A DNA stretch of 63,763 bases, filler included, from Squatina squatina (Eukaryota): the NCBI GenBank assembly GCA_031763465.1. It is 4 parts of 4 records of this genome, joined end to end, with 100 filler letters (N's around TTAATTAATTAA, not from the genome) between each part and the next. Parts side by side here need not be neighbours in the genome. Positions count along the whole stretch, not along the records: positions 1 to 19,562 come from JARFOE010000100.1; positions 19,663 to 36,068 come from JARFOE010000115.1; 2 more parts are not named here. One strand, given 5' to 3'. This document shows positions 12,869 to 24,206 of this stretch, in pieces (the first letter of the stretch is position 1; every line of letters starts with the position of its first letter). The notes under the pieces were generated by a model. That model made no database searches and had not been told where the DNA came from. It worked only from the letters and a program-made list of their open reading frames with translations. The position numbers and the translations under genes were made by a program.

Positions 12869-14911
12869 CTAAACACAAAGCAATTATTACATTAGTCATA
12901 AGGGCACTCAGCTCATAAATCTGTGCAAGTTACAGGAGTCATTAAAGTTTCATACATTCAATGTTATTTAAAAGTTCTGGGATAAGCTGCTCTACAGTCT
13001 TGCCCTTTCCATGACAGCTCCCTGCAGAATTCTCAAAGAAACATTTAAAAATGCATTGAAAATTCTGATGTCAGGCTCTAACAATTGAAAACAAAAATTA
13101 TAAAAAAGGTCACCACATGTCTGCAATACCAGTTTTGCCTGTAAGTGGCAGCAATATGGCCCCTTGGGTGATTTTGCCTGTGCTGCGCTCTCCCCGCCCC
13201 TACTATCCTCTTACTGCCATATGCTCTTGTGTCCAGCCTCTCCCCAACATTCACTCAAATGGAACTAAATTAAAAACTGAGAGGAAGGAAAGACTATCAT
13301 GATACAGAATTTGGGAGCCAGTGAGGAAACTAACAGCCACCGAGACTAGACTTAGTGCCTCAGGAAGCACCCCACCCCCCCTCCACCACACCCCTTACTA
13401 AAATTAAGACCTCACGGGAAATTAAAGTCATATCACAAGTCCCCAGGCCCAAACTGAGACACTAATCAGTCCCTCTCTGAATCTCCTTCCTTCTCTCTCT
13501 TCCTCTTCCCCTTCCATCTAATTTCTCTCTCTCCCCCTTCCCCACCTGGGTCNNNNNNNNNNNNNNNNNNNNNNNNNNNNNNNNNNNNNNNNNNNNNNNN
13601 NNNNNNNNNNNNNNNNNNNNNNNNNNNNNNNNNNNNNNNNNNNNNNNNNNNNNNNNNNNNNNNNNNNNNNNNNNNNNNNNNNNNNNNNNNNNNNNNNNNN
13701 NNNNNNNNNNNNNNNNNNNNNNNNNNNNNNNNNNNNNNNNNNNNNNNNNNNNNNNNNNNNNNNNNNNNNNNNNNNNNNNNNNNNNNNNNNNNNNNNNNNN
13801 NNNNNNNNNNNNNNNNNNNNNNNNNNNNNNNNNNNNNNNNNNNNNNNNNNNNNNNNNNNNNNNNNNNNNNNNNNNNNNNNNNNNNNNNNNNNNNNNNNNN
13901 NNNNNNNNNNNNNNNNNNNNNNNNNNNNNNNNNNNNNNNNNNNNNNNNNNNNNNNNNNNNNNNNNNNNNNNNNNNNNNNNNNNNNNNNNNNNNNNNNNNN
14001 NNNNNNNNNNNNNNNNNNNNNNNNNNNNNNNNNNNNTTCCAAAAACCATGTGCAATCTTCTTGTACACTCTACGCCATTCATTTAGTCACATTGGGGAAA
14101 GTTCTGCAGAAATACTCCCAAGGTAATTGAGAAATATTTCATCCACACTGCCATCATTCAGACTGGGTATGCTGTCAGCCACAGACAGCACCCTTTGCCC
14201 AACAGCATGTTTCCCATGTGGATTATTTGATCTTTTCAATCTATATCTATATAACTTCTGATCTTGTACACAAGCAGATATTTATTGATCAGAGTTCGTT
14301 AAAACAGCATCAACTCAGTTTCCTGAGAGGTTGTTGCAAGTATCCATTACACTTGGAGAGGAAGAATAACTTCTGATATATCTTGTAAAGGTAGCTTATT
14401 TATTTTAGTGTATTTCCTAATTCTGTGCTCATTGTGCAAGTCCTATCACTTCCTCAAATCAGCAACAAATTAATTTATCCTTTCCACCTTTTTATGACTC
14501 CTTCCTTTCCACCTCCTGCCAGCCTTCACATCTGCTATTTCCTGTTGCAATATTGTTTTCCCTTTTGTTAATGTCACCAGAAAATATTCTTGCACATTGA
14601 ACTAGTTATGTTCAATGCCAAACAGTATGGCTGCATGAATATTTTATATTTCTCCAGGCACAGTGTAAAATGAAGTTGCTGCAGCCAGACATTAATTTAC
14701 GTGTAATTTTTGTTACCATCAGGCTTACCTTCTTCATTAGTTGTCAGCACTTTCCTGTTACCTTTAACCCACCTATCTGATGCTGCCATGCCCAACCTTG
14801 TAACTGTTGAAAGTAACTAACCTGAGCAAGGTACCAATATCTTCCCAACTGCAGCAAACAAATACAAAAACAGACAGTTTATTTTAGTTTTAAGAAAGGT
14901 TGAATTAATAC

Positions 14912-14981
14912 CTCAGATATGAAATATTCTGCATGTGTTGTTTCTGCTGCACGCTTCACAAACAGATCAAATGGCAAAGTT
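14912..14981 (-). CDS. TYW5: TYW5 internal exon, 70 bp
   Basis: tttgcag|(R)TLPFDLFVKRAAETTHAEYFISE|gtatta; phase is compatible with both neighbours. Confidence 0.93.
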
Positions 14982-15084
14982 CTGCAAACAAGGAACAAAT
15001 ATAATTGAACTAGATATTAAAGATACAAATTATGAACAGATCATTGAAGTAAGTAATCTCAGGCCTCACACTAAAAATGAGAAG

Positions 15085-15800
15085 ATATGAACATACAAAA
15101 AAGGACAGGAAAAGACCAGTTGATCCATTGAGCCTGCCCCATCCGGTCATGGTGTAATGAAGGTGATCAAGCTAGCTCCAGGAGACACAAGCCTCCATTA
15201 ACCTACCTATCTTCTAAAGATCAAGGTGTTCGCTACTCAGAGGAACTTGTCTAACTCCCTTTTGAATCTTTGCAGTGAAACTACACTGTATGCGATGCCA
15301 AGTTACTCCAGAGGTTGACAACTCCTGGCAGCTAACCTAGATCTATGCTTCATAACTTGTACTGATATCCCATGAGTTCTCCTTTTCCCTAATTAGTTGA
15401 AATAGACTATATTCATGTGGACAGCATCTAATCCCTTCATTATTTTAAAGACCTCAATCATATCTTCTTGAAGTCTGCGATTTTAGAGTAAAAAGCCCGA
15501 GCTCTCTAAGCCTGCCCTGACAATCAAAAGCCCCTAAGTTAGGTATTAAATTGAGTGGCCCACCTCTGACCCTTTTCCAGGGCCTTGATATCTCCCACCA
15601 CGTGAGAGGAACCAAATGGGACATAGCTTTCTAGATGTGGACATACAAGGCCTTATGCAAGGAAAAGATTGTACTTTAATTTTACACTTAATTTTTTTTT
15701 TTAGCAATACAACTTTAATAACTGATTCACCTTTTTAACAGCCTTGTGACATGAGTTATGCACCTTCAATGACTTATGCACCATAATGCCCAAGTCCTGC
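15085..15800 (-). mobile_element. Old CR1 LINE 3' fragment
   Basis: CR1-type tail (AACATAC...GGAAAAGACCAG...AGCCTG) and decayed ORF2 C-terminus; a related fragment lies at about 51094-51300. Confidence 0.6.
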
Positions 15801-16034
15801 TCCCACACAGCAGCTGTGAGAGGGAAATTCTGCAGTGGCATTTGAAACCATCAGCACTTAGCCAGTACGCTCGCTGGGGCAAGGTCACTACTGCTCATCT
15901 CGACAAGTTGACACATTGCAGAGCAGTAGCATGAAAGTTTCTTTCTACTGAACATGTTCAATTTGCATGTGTGCAATATTATAGATTGTAAATTTGACTC
16001 ATTTGGTTGCATCCTCACCTCAAGTCAGAAGATT

Positions 16035-16565
16035 AGGACTGTAAGAAGTAGGCCGTGGTCCTGCTCCACGATTCAATTAGATCACATCTGATCTGCACCT
16101 AAAGTCCATTTTCCTGCCTTTGCGCTCTATCCCTTGATGCCCTAATCTAACAAAAATAATTCTCTCTCAGTCTTGATAGCTCCAACCTGACCCAGCATCC
16201 ACATCCACAGCCTTCTATCGGAGAGTGTTCCAAATTTCTACCACACTTGTGTGAAAAAGTGCTTCTCAATTTCTCTCCTGAATGGCCGAGCTCCAATTTT
16301 AAGATTACGTTCCCTTGTTCTTGATTCCTCCACTAGAGGAAATAGTTTCTCTGTATCTACCTTATCAAATCCTTTTAACATTTTAAACACCTCTATCAGT
16401 TCACCCTCAATCTCTTGTACAACTATAACTATAGGTATGTAAAAAGGAAAAGACTAGCGAAGGCAAATATGGGTCCCTTACAGACAGAAACGGGAGAACT
16501 AATAATGGGGAATAAGGAAATGGCAGAGAAATTAAACAAATACTTTGTGTCTGTCTTCACGGAAG
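16035..16565. mobile_element. Two abutting CR1 fragments (minus 3' end about 16035-16415; plus ORF2 linker about 16420-16565)
   Basis: Minus strand carries IEVFKMLKGFDKVDTEKLFPL; plus strand carries YRYVKRKRLAKANMGPL...LNKYFVSVFTE. Confidence 0.8.
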
Positions 16566-17070
16566 ANNNNNNNNNNNNNNNNNNNNNNNNNNNNNNNNNN
16601 NNNNNNNNNNNNNNNNNNNNNNNNNNNNNNNNNNNNNNNNNNNNNNNNNNNNNNNNNNNNNNNNNNGGCAATTTCCCAAGAGGCAATAGCACCCCCCACC
16701 CCGGGCCAAAATTAAAGCCCCGATAGCGCCTCACGGAGGCACTAGCGGGGCTATAAAAGGGGGCAATTTCGGACCTTTAAAATAAATGTCCTTTAAGTTC
16801 AGAAATACAGTTTGATTTGTCTCCCTTTTTAATGGCTTCCCAGGTCATGCACCTTCTCCAACCAATGGGATAGAGTATACACCTACTCCTGAGCTTCACT
16901 GAGGAAGACCAACCCTTTTGGTTTTCCACACCTTCTCATATATGAAGTTCTTAGTCTCTGCTTGGCTTTTCCCCATGCGTGGTTTGAAATAGGGAACTCA
17001 CCATTTCATAGCCCAATGTGGTGGGTGCCCTGCTTGTCATGTAGCTTACACCTAAAGTGCCTAAATTCAA

Positions 17071-17804
17071 GGGCCGCTCAACTGGTCTGTTTCAGTGCCA
17101 TAGTAGCACTGAAAAGTGGCGCTGCTCGGGCACTAAAGTAGCGTTAGGGGAAATGTTTTTTTCCTGAATTGATGATGGCACCCTGGCGGCACAAAGGCCT
17201 CTTCACTGGGGGCGCCATTGGTGATCGGGTAAGACGCGCGATATCATCATGTCGCGCGCTGACCCCATAGCACTGCCCCGCGACCCCCCTTTTGCGTCGC
17301 TGGCAAGCCACAGAATTGGTCCACGGTCTGCCGGCGAGGCCAGGGTCATTGCCAACACTAGTTAAAGGGGAGCTGCTAACACTGTTGGCCGCCATCTTTA
17401 TACATTGGCCAATGTATGGCGGCCAATCGGCCCCCAGCGCCATTGTAGACATTTGCCGGCACGCTCTCTGGCATGCCGGCCTTTTCCACCCCCTACCCGG
17501 CTCCCTGGTGGCCCAGTGGTGGGCCCCGGGGCTCAGCTGGCGGCCCTCACCTTTAATGCAGGGGGAAGGGCCGGGCCGGACGCAAGCGGGCTGGCCTCGG
17601 CAACATGCTGCTGGCCACGTTTCAGACGCTCGGTCGCATTCACCGGCTGAGTGCTGGGTCAGTGCTGCCACGTTGCGCTAACCCGGAAAAACGGCAAAGA
17701 CCTCAAGTAGTGGGGGTCAGAAGACAATGCTCTGGGGCCAGCACTAAAATTCCGAGCCCTGGAACAATTCACCCCGACTCTGGTGCTGACCAATTGGGCC
17801 CCCC
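17071..17804. mobile_element. GC/CpG-rich Harbinger-type MITE in a TYW5 intron
   Basis: TIRs GGGCCGCTCAACTGGTC / GACCAATTGGGCCCCCC (13/17 match); 3-bp duplication CAA on both flanks. Confidence 0.78.
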
Positions 17805-17932
17805 CAAATCTTTATAATCCAGCGTTAGTTGGTGTCAAACACACAAGCATAACAAGGTACTGAATCACAGCAAAACATAATTCTACCTACCTTCATAATG
17901 AATTACATTAAATAATTCCTTGAAACTAGCTG

Positions 17933-17948
17933 TGGCGCCCTCTGTAGG
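17933..17948 (-). promoter_or_regulatory. Candidate CTCF site
   Basis: Reverse strand CCTACAGAGGGCGCCA resembles the CTCF core; motif match only. Confidence 0.4.
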
Positions 17949-18008
17949 AAATAAATTCAAGTCCAAAAAAAGCAATCTGTGGGAACATTACTTTTTTTTT
18001 TAAAGTAC

Positions 18009-18110
18009 CTGTAGATAAAATTTTTGTTGATAAAATCCATCTGTGGTACTGATGCAACATGGACCTTGACCTCTTGACTTCCTCCAGTTGTGCTCAGGTA
18101 ATTCACTGTC
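18009..18110 (-). CDS. TYW5: TYW5 early exon, 5' end lost in gap
   Basis: [33 protein letters not shown](R)|gtactt; homologous to TYW5 WTVDYLSQVGGKKEVKIHVA..QMDFISKNFVYR. Confidence 0.93.
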
Positions 18111-18781
18111 NNNNNNNNNNNNNNNNNNNNNNNNNNNNNNNNNNNNNNNNNNNNNNNNNNNNNNNNNNNNNNNNNNNNNNNNNNNNNNNNNNNNNNNNNN
18201 NNNNNNNNNNTTTATTCTAGATTTGAGAAATAGTATTAATATAATTTTTCTCTTAGCAAGCATAATCTGATTTACTGCTAGCTGTACTGAAGAAAATATC
18301 TTGCTGTTCAATTATTTTTTTTTTGCAACTTAAAATACATCCAGCAGATGATTAAAGGCTGATATCCATAAATAAAGTAGGTTGTTTAGAAGCACCAGAA
18401 AGTTTGACAGAGCCTCTGTTGAATTATTGTAGGAGAAATTAAACCTGCTTGCCTTCATCTTAGCTGTAGTACCACAGTTGTGTAATGCGGAAAATCATCG
18501 GACAGGTTACTAAGTGGTAATTGTTCTTGATTATGCTGGTGCAAGAGTGAGTGGGAAAATTGGAAGCCAAGTGGTGGTATGTTTATCCCTCTACCTCCAG
18601 ATGAAATATGAGGTGTGTTGGAGTAATAATGTTTCCAGGGTTTTGCTGAGTATTTGTCACTGCTTTATTTTTTTAATAGATTTGCTAGTTCTGATGACAA
18701 CAGTCATTCTCTTAATTTGGGATTTTTTTTACTGCAGAAAAGTTTTTTGATACATTAGATTAAATGTTGTCATCTCAACAG

Positions 18782-18932
18782 GTAGAAAATTTGTCAGTAT
18801 CATAATGCGTTACTGGTACCTGACTGATGTTGACCTTCCTGATGAGACCCCTGAGGGAACTAAAGTATTTCAAGTAGTCTTTGGTGATGAAAGGAGCAAA
18901 GACAGCAAACGCCTTCTCACAGCAAATTATGA
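18782..18932 (+). CDS. MAIP1: MAIP1 (C2orf47, m-AAA protease interacting protein 1) late internal exon, 151 bp
   Basis: caacag|(G)RKFVSIIMRYWYLTDVDLPDETPEGTKVFQVVFGDERSKDSKRLLTANY(E)|gtaagt; resembles MAIP1 GRKFVNILMCFWYLT...VFQV...LLSASYE; divergent from TYW5 as in human. Confidence 0.9.
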
Positions 18933-19394
18933 GTAAGTTTTTAACTAACTTTCTGTTTGTACTGCACTGTCCTGTTGCTTAGTTGGGACTTATACTAAGG
19001 GCATATGCCACTTATTGGTCCTTGTGGTAAATAAATGTACAGAGAAACACTATAATTAACTGCATACTGTGCCCACATTTAACCAGAAGAGCAGGTTTGG
19101 CTGTGCCACCTCACTGCACCAGGGGCTGGGTGGAACATGGATTTGGCCTCATTATTTCTTAATGTGACAAATTTCTGATCTCACCTCTTGTTGGCTATTA
19201 AGTGGAAATTTTGAATCACAGGGAGGGCAGGTTTTAGAGCAAGTCAAATTCTCAAATGCCTGGAGTGTTGCAGCAAGATCTCTGACAGCATTCTGACAGA
19301 ATTGACCTATGGATAACCTACAAAGGGCAGAAAAAGAGATAAATAAAGTGTTACAGTATATCGGGAGTCATTTGTTGCACATTAAATGTATTGA

Positions 19395-19562
19395 GGCAGT
19401 TTGAAATTTGGAAGTGTTGTAAACACTGAGGAAGGTAGTAATAGACTTCAAGAGATAGTCAGGCTGGTAGAATGGGCAGACACATGGCATATGAAATTCA
19501 ATGCAGAAAAGTGTGAGGTGGGTAGATTTTGGTAGGAGGAATAAGTAGAGACAATATATGCC
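19395..19562 (+). mobile_element. CR1 RT fragment
   Basis: Encodes ...LVEWADTWHMKFNAEKCEV..FGRRN. Confidence 0.75.
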
Positions 19563-19662
19563 NNNNNNNNNNNNNNNNNNNNNNNNNNNNNNNNNNNNNN
19601 NNNNNNTTAATTAATTAANNNNNNNNNNNNNNNNNNNNNNNNNNNNNNNNNNNNNNNNNNNN
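19563..19662. other. Artificial contig spacer (44N-TTAATTAATTAA-44N)
   Basis: Exactly 100 bp; six-frame-stop palindrome centred in Ns; same structure occurs three times. Confidence 0.97.
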
Positions 19663-21667
19663 GTTTAAATCCTTCCCAACCGCACTCGTGAACCTCCCCG
19701 CAAGATGGCTGGCCATATCCTGCTGGCCAGTTACATGGAAAATAACGTTGTTAGTAGTAGAGTTGAGGCACTTTGTGTTAGCTCTGTACTGTGTTAGCTC
19801 TCATGTTATTTATTCCACCAGTGGAACGTTGGATCATGGATATTGGTATGTGAATTTAAGGCAGTGATCTGATCTGATTCTTTTGCTGTTGCACTTGATG
19901 GTAACCTGCCATGTTCTGTAAGTGTACAAAATGATGTCTGTCAATTATCCTGTCAGTAACCAGTGAATACTTTTATTTTCCTTCTTGCCTGTTTATGCGG
20001 ATGTGAACACAACTAAATTACATGGGTTGGAATCAGTGGTGACTTGCTGCTGCTATTCAGCATTGTTTTATCGATGGCTGTTTTTTGTGGTAGTCTGTTT
20101 CGCGGTGCTTTATCTGAAGGATGATATCAGCCGCCCCAGGCAGTCAGTGGAGTAGCACTGTAAGGAAATCCATGTCTTGAAACCTAATATCAAGCATTCA
20201 GGAGACTTAAGCAAATCATTCTTTGCAGGATTCTGATTTCAAAGAAGGCCAGAGTCAGTCAGATTATTCATTTGTAAATTCCAGCTCCACACCCTCTCCT
20301 AAACATTAGCAGTGAAAATCAAACAGTGTCATTGTCTTTGATATGCTAGTGTCGCTGGCAGATTTTCAAAAGTTTCTCGCCAATCAACATAGCAAGAAAG
20401 AAGTAATTGAAGTGGAAAGACACTTTATGAAGAAGTGCTTCATATGTAGATCACTTTCTCTTGTGTCGCAGATATAATTTATTAAAAATGTCCTAGCAGT
20501 TTGCATAAAACCCTGAGGGGACCTGACATTTCATTCCTGATTAAGGCTGATCTGCCATCAACCAGACTCAATCAGTGAGCACCTAGCTTGAAACAACAAG
20601 GTATTTCTACTCCATTTTTGCTTCTTGGAAGCTTATTTAAAACCATTTGCCATTAAATAGTTAACTGCCAGGCAAGTCCTGCTGTGTAAATGTAACCATG
20701 CAACATGTCCAATTTGGACATGGGCCACACCCTCGGGACACAGTTCTAAAACTAGAGCATGTCTTTTGCCTCCTCACTTCTCTCATCTCCCATCTTGAAA
20801 GACATTTATGCAATTAACAAATTGGGGCCAAAGTGCTTTTCTCAGAGCAATGGTAAAAGGTAGTTTTGAAGTTAGTGGTAGTGGAGTGAGTATTAGAGAG
20901 TTATTTCTGAGGTGGTATTGGGAGATAGCATGATTTACATATGACACAGACAGACGGTGTTTGAAATAATTTGGGGTAGTTGGTGTATGAATACTGGTAT
21001 TATTTACAGTAAATAGTGTTTGTTTTATTTTAAATAAGGCAAATGTTGCTTGTTATACAGTGAGCACACTAAGTGCAGTAGAATTGTTGTCATACTTAAA
21101 GGGTGATGTACAAGTTGAAGGTTTACTACATGACATGACTGGTAATGTAATACCTCAAGGGTACGTTCAGCAGCAGCTAACTGAGCAGTAAATTGTCCAG
21201 TTTTTATATACGTTATGCTACATTAAAACTGTATTTAGGAAGTGCAGGGGTTTTGTATAAGTTTTAAAATAGATCTCTGTGTAGTCTATCCCTTGCAATC
21301 AAATATTTTATTTTCTGTGTATTGCGCAAAAAGATAAGTGTTCTGGAAAATTCATCAGCAATATCTGTGGCATCATCTTTAGTACTGTACTTATCCACTC
21401 GGAAAATGTGGTGACAGAGTGTTGAACAAATCCAACAGNNNNNNNNNNNNNNNNNNNNNNNNNNNNNNNNNNNNNNNNNNNNNNNNNNNNNNNNNNNNNN
21501 NNNNNNNNNNNNNNNNNNNNNNNNNNNNNNNNNNNNNNTCTGCAATCAGCACTAATATCAGCTCAGCTACACAGTATGCACTGAAAAATTTAGCAATTGA
21601 GAGACAGAGACACAAAATGAAAAATAAACAGACAAGACACAGCAACAGAGAGAAACAGAGACAGTGA

Positions 21668-23450
21668 GGGGAATTGTACCCTGGAGGAGTGCGTGGGTTT
21701 GGGTGCAATTAGGGGGTTAAAACTGGCAAAAATCTCTGCGCATTGGGAAGCCGGGTCCAACCTGCCCACTTCCACGTTTAACTCGAGCACGTTCGGCTGC
21801 TTGTGCACGGCCCACTCGGGTCCCTTCAACTCGTCAGTGAAAGCAAGGTGAGAACACACTGGCAATTGAGGGGGCTGATTCAATCTGATAGAAATGCTGC
21901 AATAAATGCTCAGTGCTCACAGCTGCTTTCTTACCTGCTTGTGGGAAAGGGTTCGTTCTCAGTACTTTTTCTGAGTGTTTACTTTCTACACATTGGAGAT
22001 TTTCTCAGTCACATCAGGATGGTTGGTGCTTTGGCTGCTTTAGATTGGAGCTCGGACAATGACCAAAATGACCATCAGCTGCAGAGACCTGTAGCTGGAC
22101 AGCAGAGACAGGAGCAGCAGAGGGGTGCAGCTCGCAGGAGGCACTACCCATGACACAGGGTGTACAGACGGAGGCTGAGTTTCCTTGACATATTCAGTGT
22201 CTCAGGAAGCTCAGGATATCACATCCAGTGGTGGCAGACATCTGCAACCTCCTGGAAGAAGACCTGCTGCCTGCCGGACCTGATGGTCTCGCGTTACCAG
22301 TGGCTGTCAAAGTCATCACCACCCTAAACCTTTTTGCCTCTGGATCCTTTCAGGGGTCTGCCGGAGACATTTTCAAGATCTCCCAGTTGGCAGCCCACAA
22401 ATGCATAAGACAAGTGACTGATGGCTTGTTTGCCAGGGCCCGCAATCATGTCAACTTCGACTATGTTGATGCAAGTCGGAATGAGCGGGCGCTTGGTTTT
22501 GCGGCTCTGGCTGGCTTCCCAGACGTGTGGTGCAGGACATCATCGACTGCACACACGTGGCAAGCCTGGCACTCCCAGATCAACCAGGAATATTCGTCAA
22601 CCGCAAGAGCTTCCACCCCATCGATGTACAGCTGATGTGCAACCATAAAAAGATATTTCTGCAGGTCTGCACAAGGTTCCCAGCAAGCTGCCATGATGCT
22701 TTCATCCTACAGCAGTCAAAGCTCCCTGACTTCTTTGGACCTGCAAACAGACCTAAAGGTTGGCTGCTAGGTGACAAAGGATACCCACTTCAAACTTGAC
22801 TCATGACACCTGTCAGAAACCCGACCAATGAAGCCCAACAATGAATGCCTTCTGACCACAATATATGAACAAGCGATTGGCATGCTGAAGATGCGCTTCA
22901 GGTACCTAGATATATCTGGAGGTGCCCTTCAGTACACACCAGCCAGGGTGTCCAAAATGGTTGTGTTTGCTGTGCTCTGCACAACATTGCGCAGCAGCGA
23001 GGTTTGTAGCTGTAGGGGGAACAAGGTACAGAGCTCAGATCCNNNNNNNNNNTGGACAGTTCTCAGGAGGAGGATTATGCTGAGGGTAATGCACCACCAG
23101 CTGTCCAGGATGCCCTTATTAATGCAAGGTTACGCTAGGGTTGCACCAGTGGACGATGCCAGAAGATAATGCAGTGTTCACTCTATCCCACCTCCCCATC
23201 TCCACAATCCCACCAACAAAGCAGTCCTGGAAACAACCAGCCACCCCTTGCATATCTCCACCGCACACCCCCCCCACCCCGGGCCATTGGTCCCTGTTAA
23301 TTTATGACTTCCCATTCTTCATCAAACAAGTTAAAAGGTGACCTGCCGCCCAACACCCAGAATGGGCAAGGTAGGAAAGTGGTGCAAAAGAGCAAAATTT
23401 ATGTGATTGAGCTAAAGAAAATTAATATAACATAACATTTTCACACTATT
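21668..23450 (+). mobile_element. Harbinger DNA transposon remnant (left end plus transposase; right end not found)
   Basis: Starts GGGGAATTG..., similar to the reverse complement of the ...AAAATTCCCCC end near 50189; contains the transposase relic; right boundary approximate. Confidence 0.7.
22019..23138 (+). pseudogene. Disrupted PIF/Harbinger (HARBI1-like) DDE transposase
   Basis: Across frames: LPVAVKVITTLNLFASGSFQ, IIDCTHVA, QLMCNH, RFPASCHDAFIL, WLLGDKGYPL, EQAIGMLKMRFRYLD; several stops and frameshifts. Confidence 0.93.
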
Positions 23451-24093
23451 TACTTCATGTAGGAAAATTGTACATGCTTAACAATCCAGTAAGAGAATGG
23501 CTTCTAAGTACAGTAAAATTTTAGCAATAATCCTGTTGGCTTTTAATTTCAAAGGAGGTTTAATTTGTATTTATGTAAATTTAATGCACTCTTGCAGGAA
23601 TTGCTTTCTCCGTATTCCAGCTTTGTCAATTTCTCATTACGTTATCTGTTGATTAAATAGTGATGACCAATCATTAATCAGATTCATTTCACTACGTGGC
23701 ACCTCAGAAACTGAATCAGGCAACAGATGGGTGGGAACGTGTCGGTGCAATTTGCTGAGCCCGCTCATGCAGTAAATGCAAGATCCCAACACTTGGGATC
23801 AATTATATATATTTGGTGAGTGTATCGTGTATTTCTTAGTGTACAAAGTGGATTCCCATTGTTACTTTTGTTAGAAGTTTATTGCGATAGTCCCCTGTCC
23901 TTGGTGTTATAGTATGCAGAAGTTGATTGTACGACACTGAAAACTGTAATGATCCCACAATTTTTATTTGTTTTGAAGTCCTCATTAAGACTGGAGTAAA
24001 AGTTCTGACATGTGTTATTCGGGTGATCACTGTACTATTTAGTGACCGTTGCTTAGGCCATATTTTCAGAGTAGTGAATCATGTTTGATGTTG

Positions 24094-24175
24094 GTGTGTG
24101 TGTGTGTGTGTGTGTGTATGTATGATTACAGGTGTGTGTGTGTGAGTGTGTGCGCACGTGGGTCTATATGGTTAC

Positions 24176-24202
<27 letters not shown>
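24094..24202. repeat. Interrupted (TG)n microsatellite
   Basis: Three TG tracts seen directly. Confidence 0.95.

Positions 24203-24206
<4 letters not shown>

Noticed and set aside
17144-17817. Overlapping ORFs of 70-175 aa on both strands (also 2531-3177 and 49588-49969)
   Set aside because: They lie in GC-rich MITEs where stop codons are rare; no recognisable domain.
22019-23138. Possible domesticated HARBI1 gene
   Set aside because: Multiple stops and frameshifts plus a transposon-like terminus indicate a dead transposon copy.
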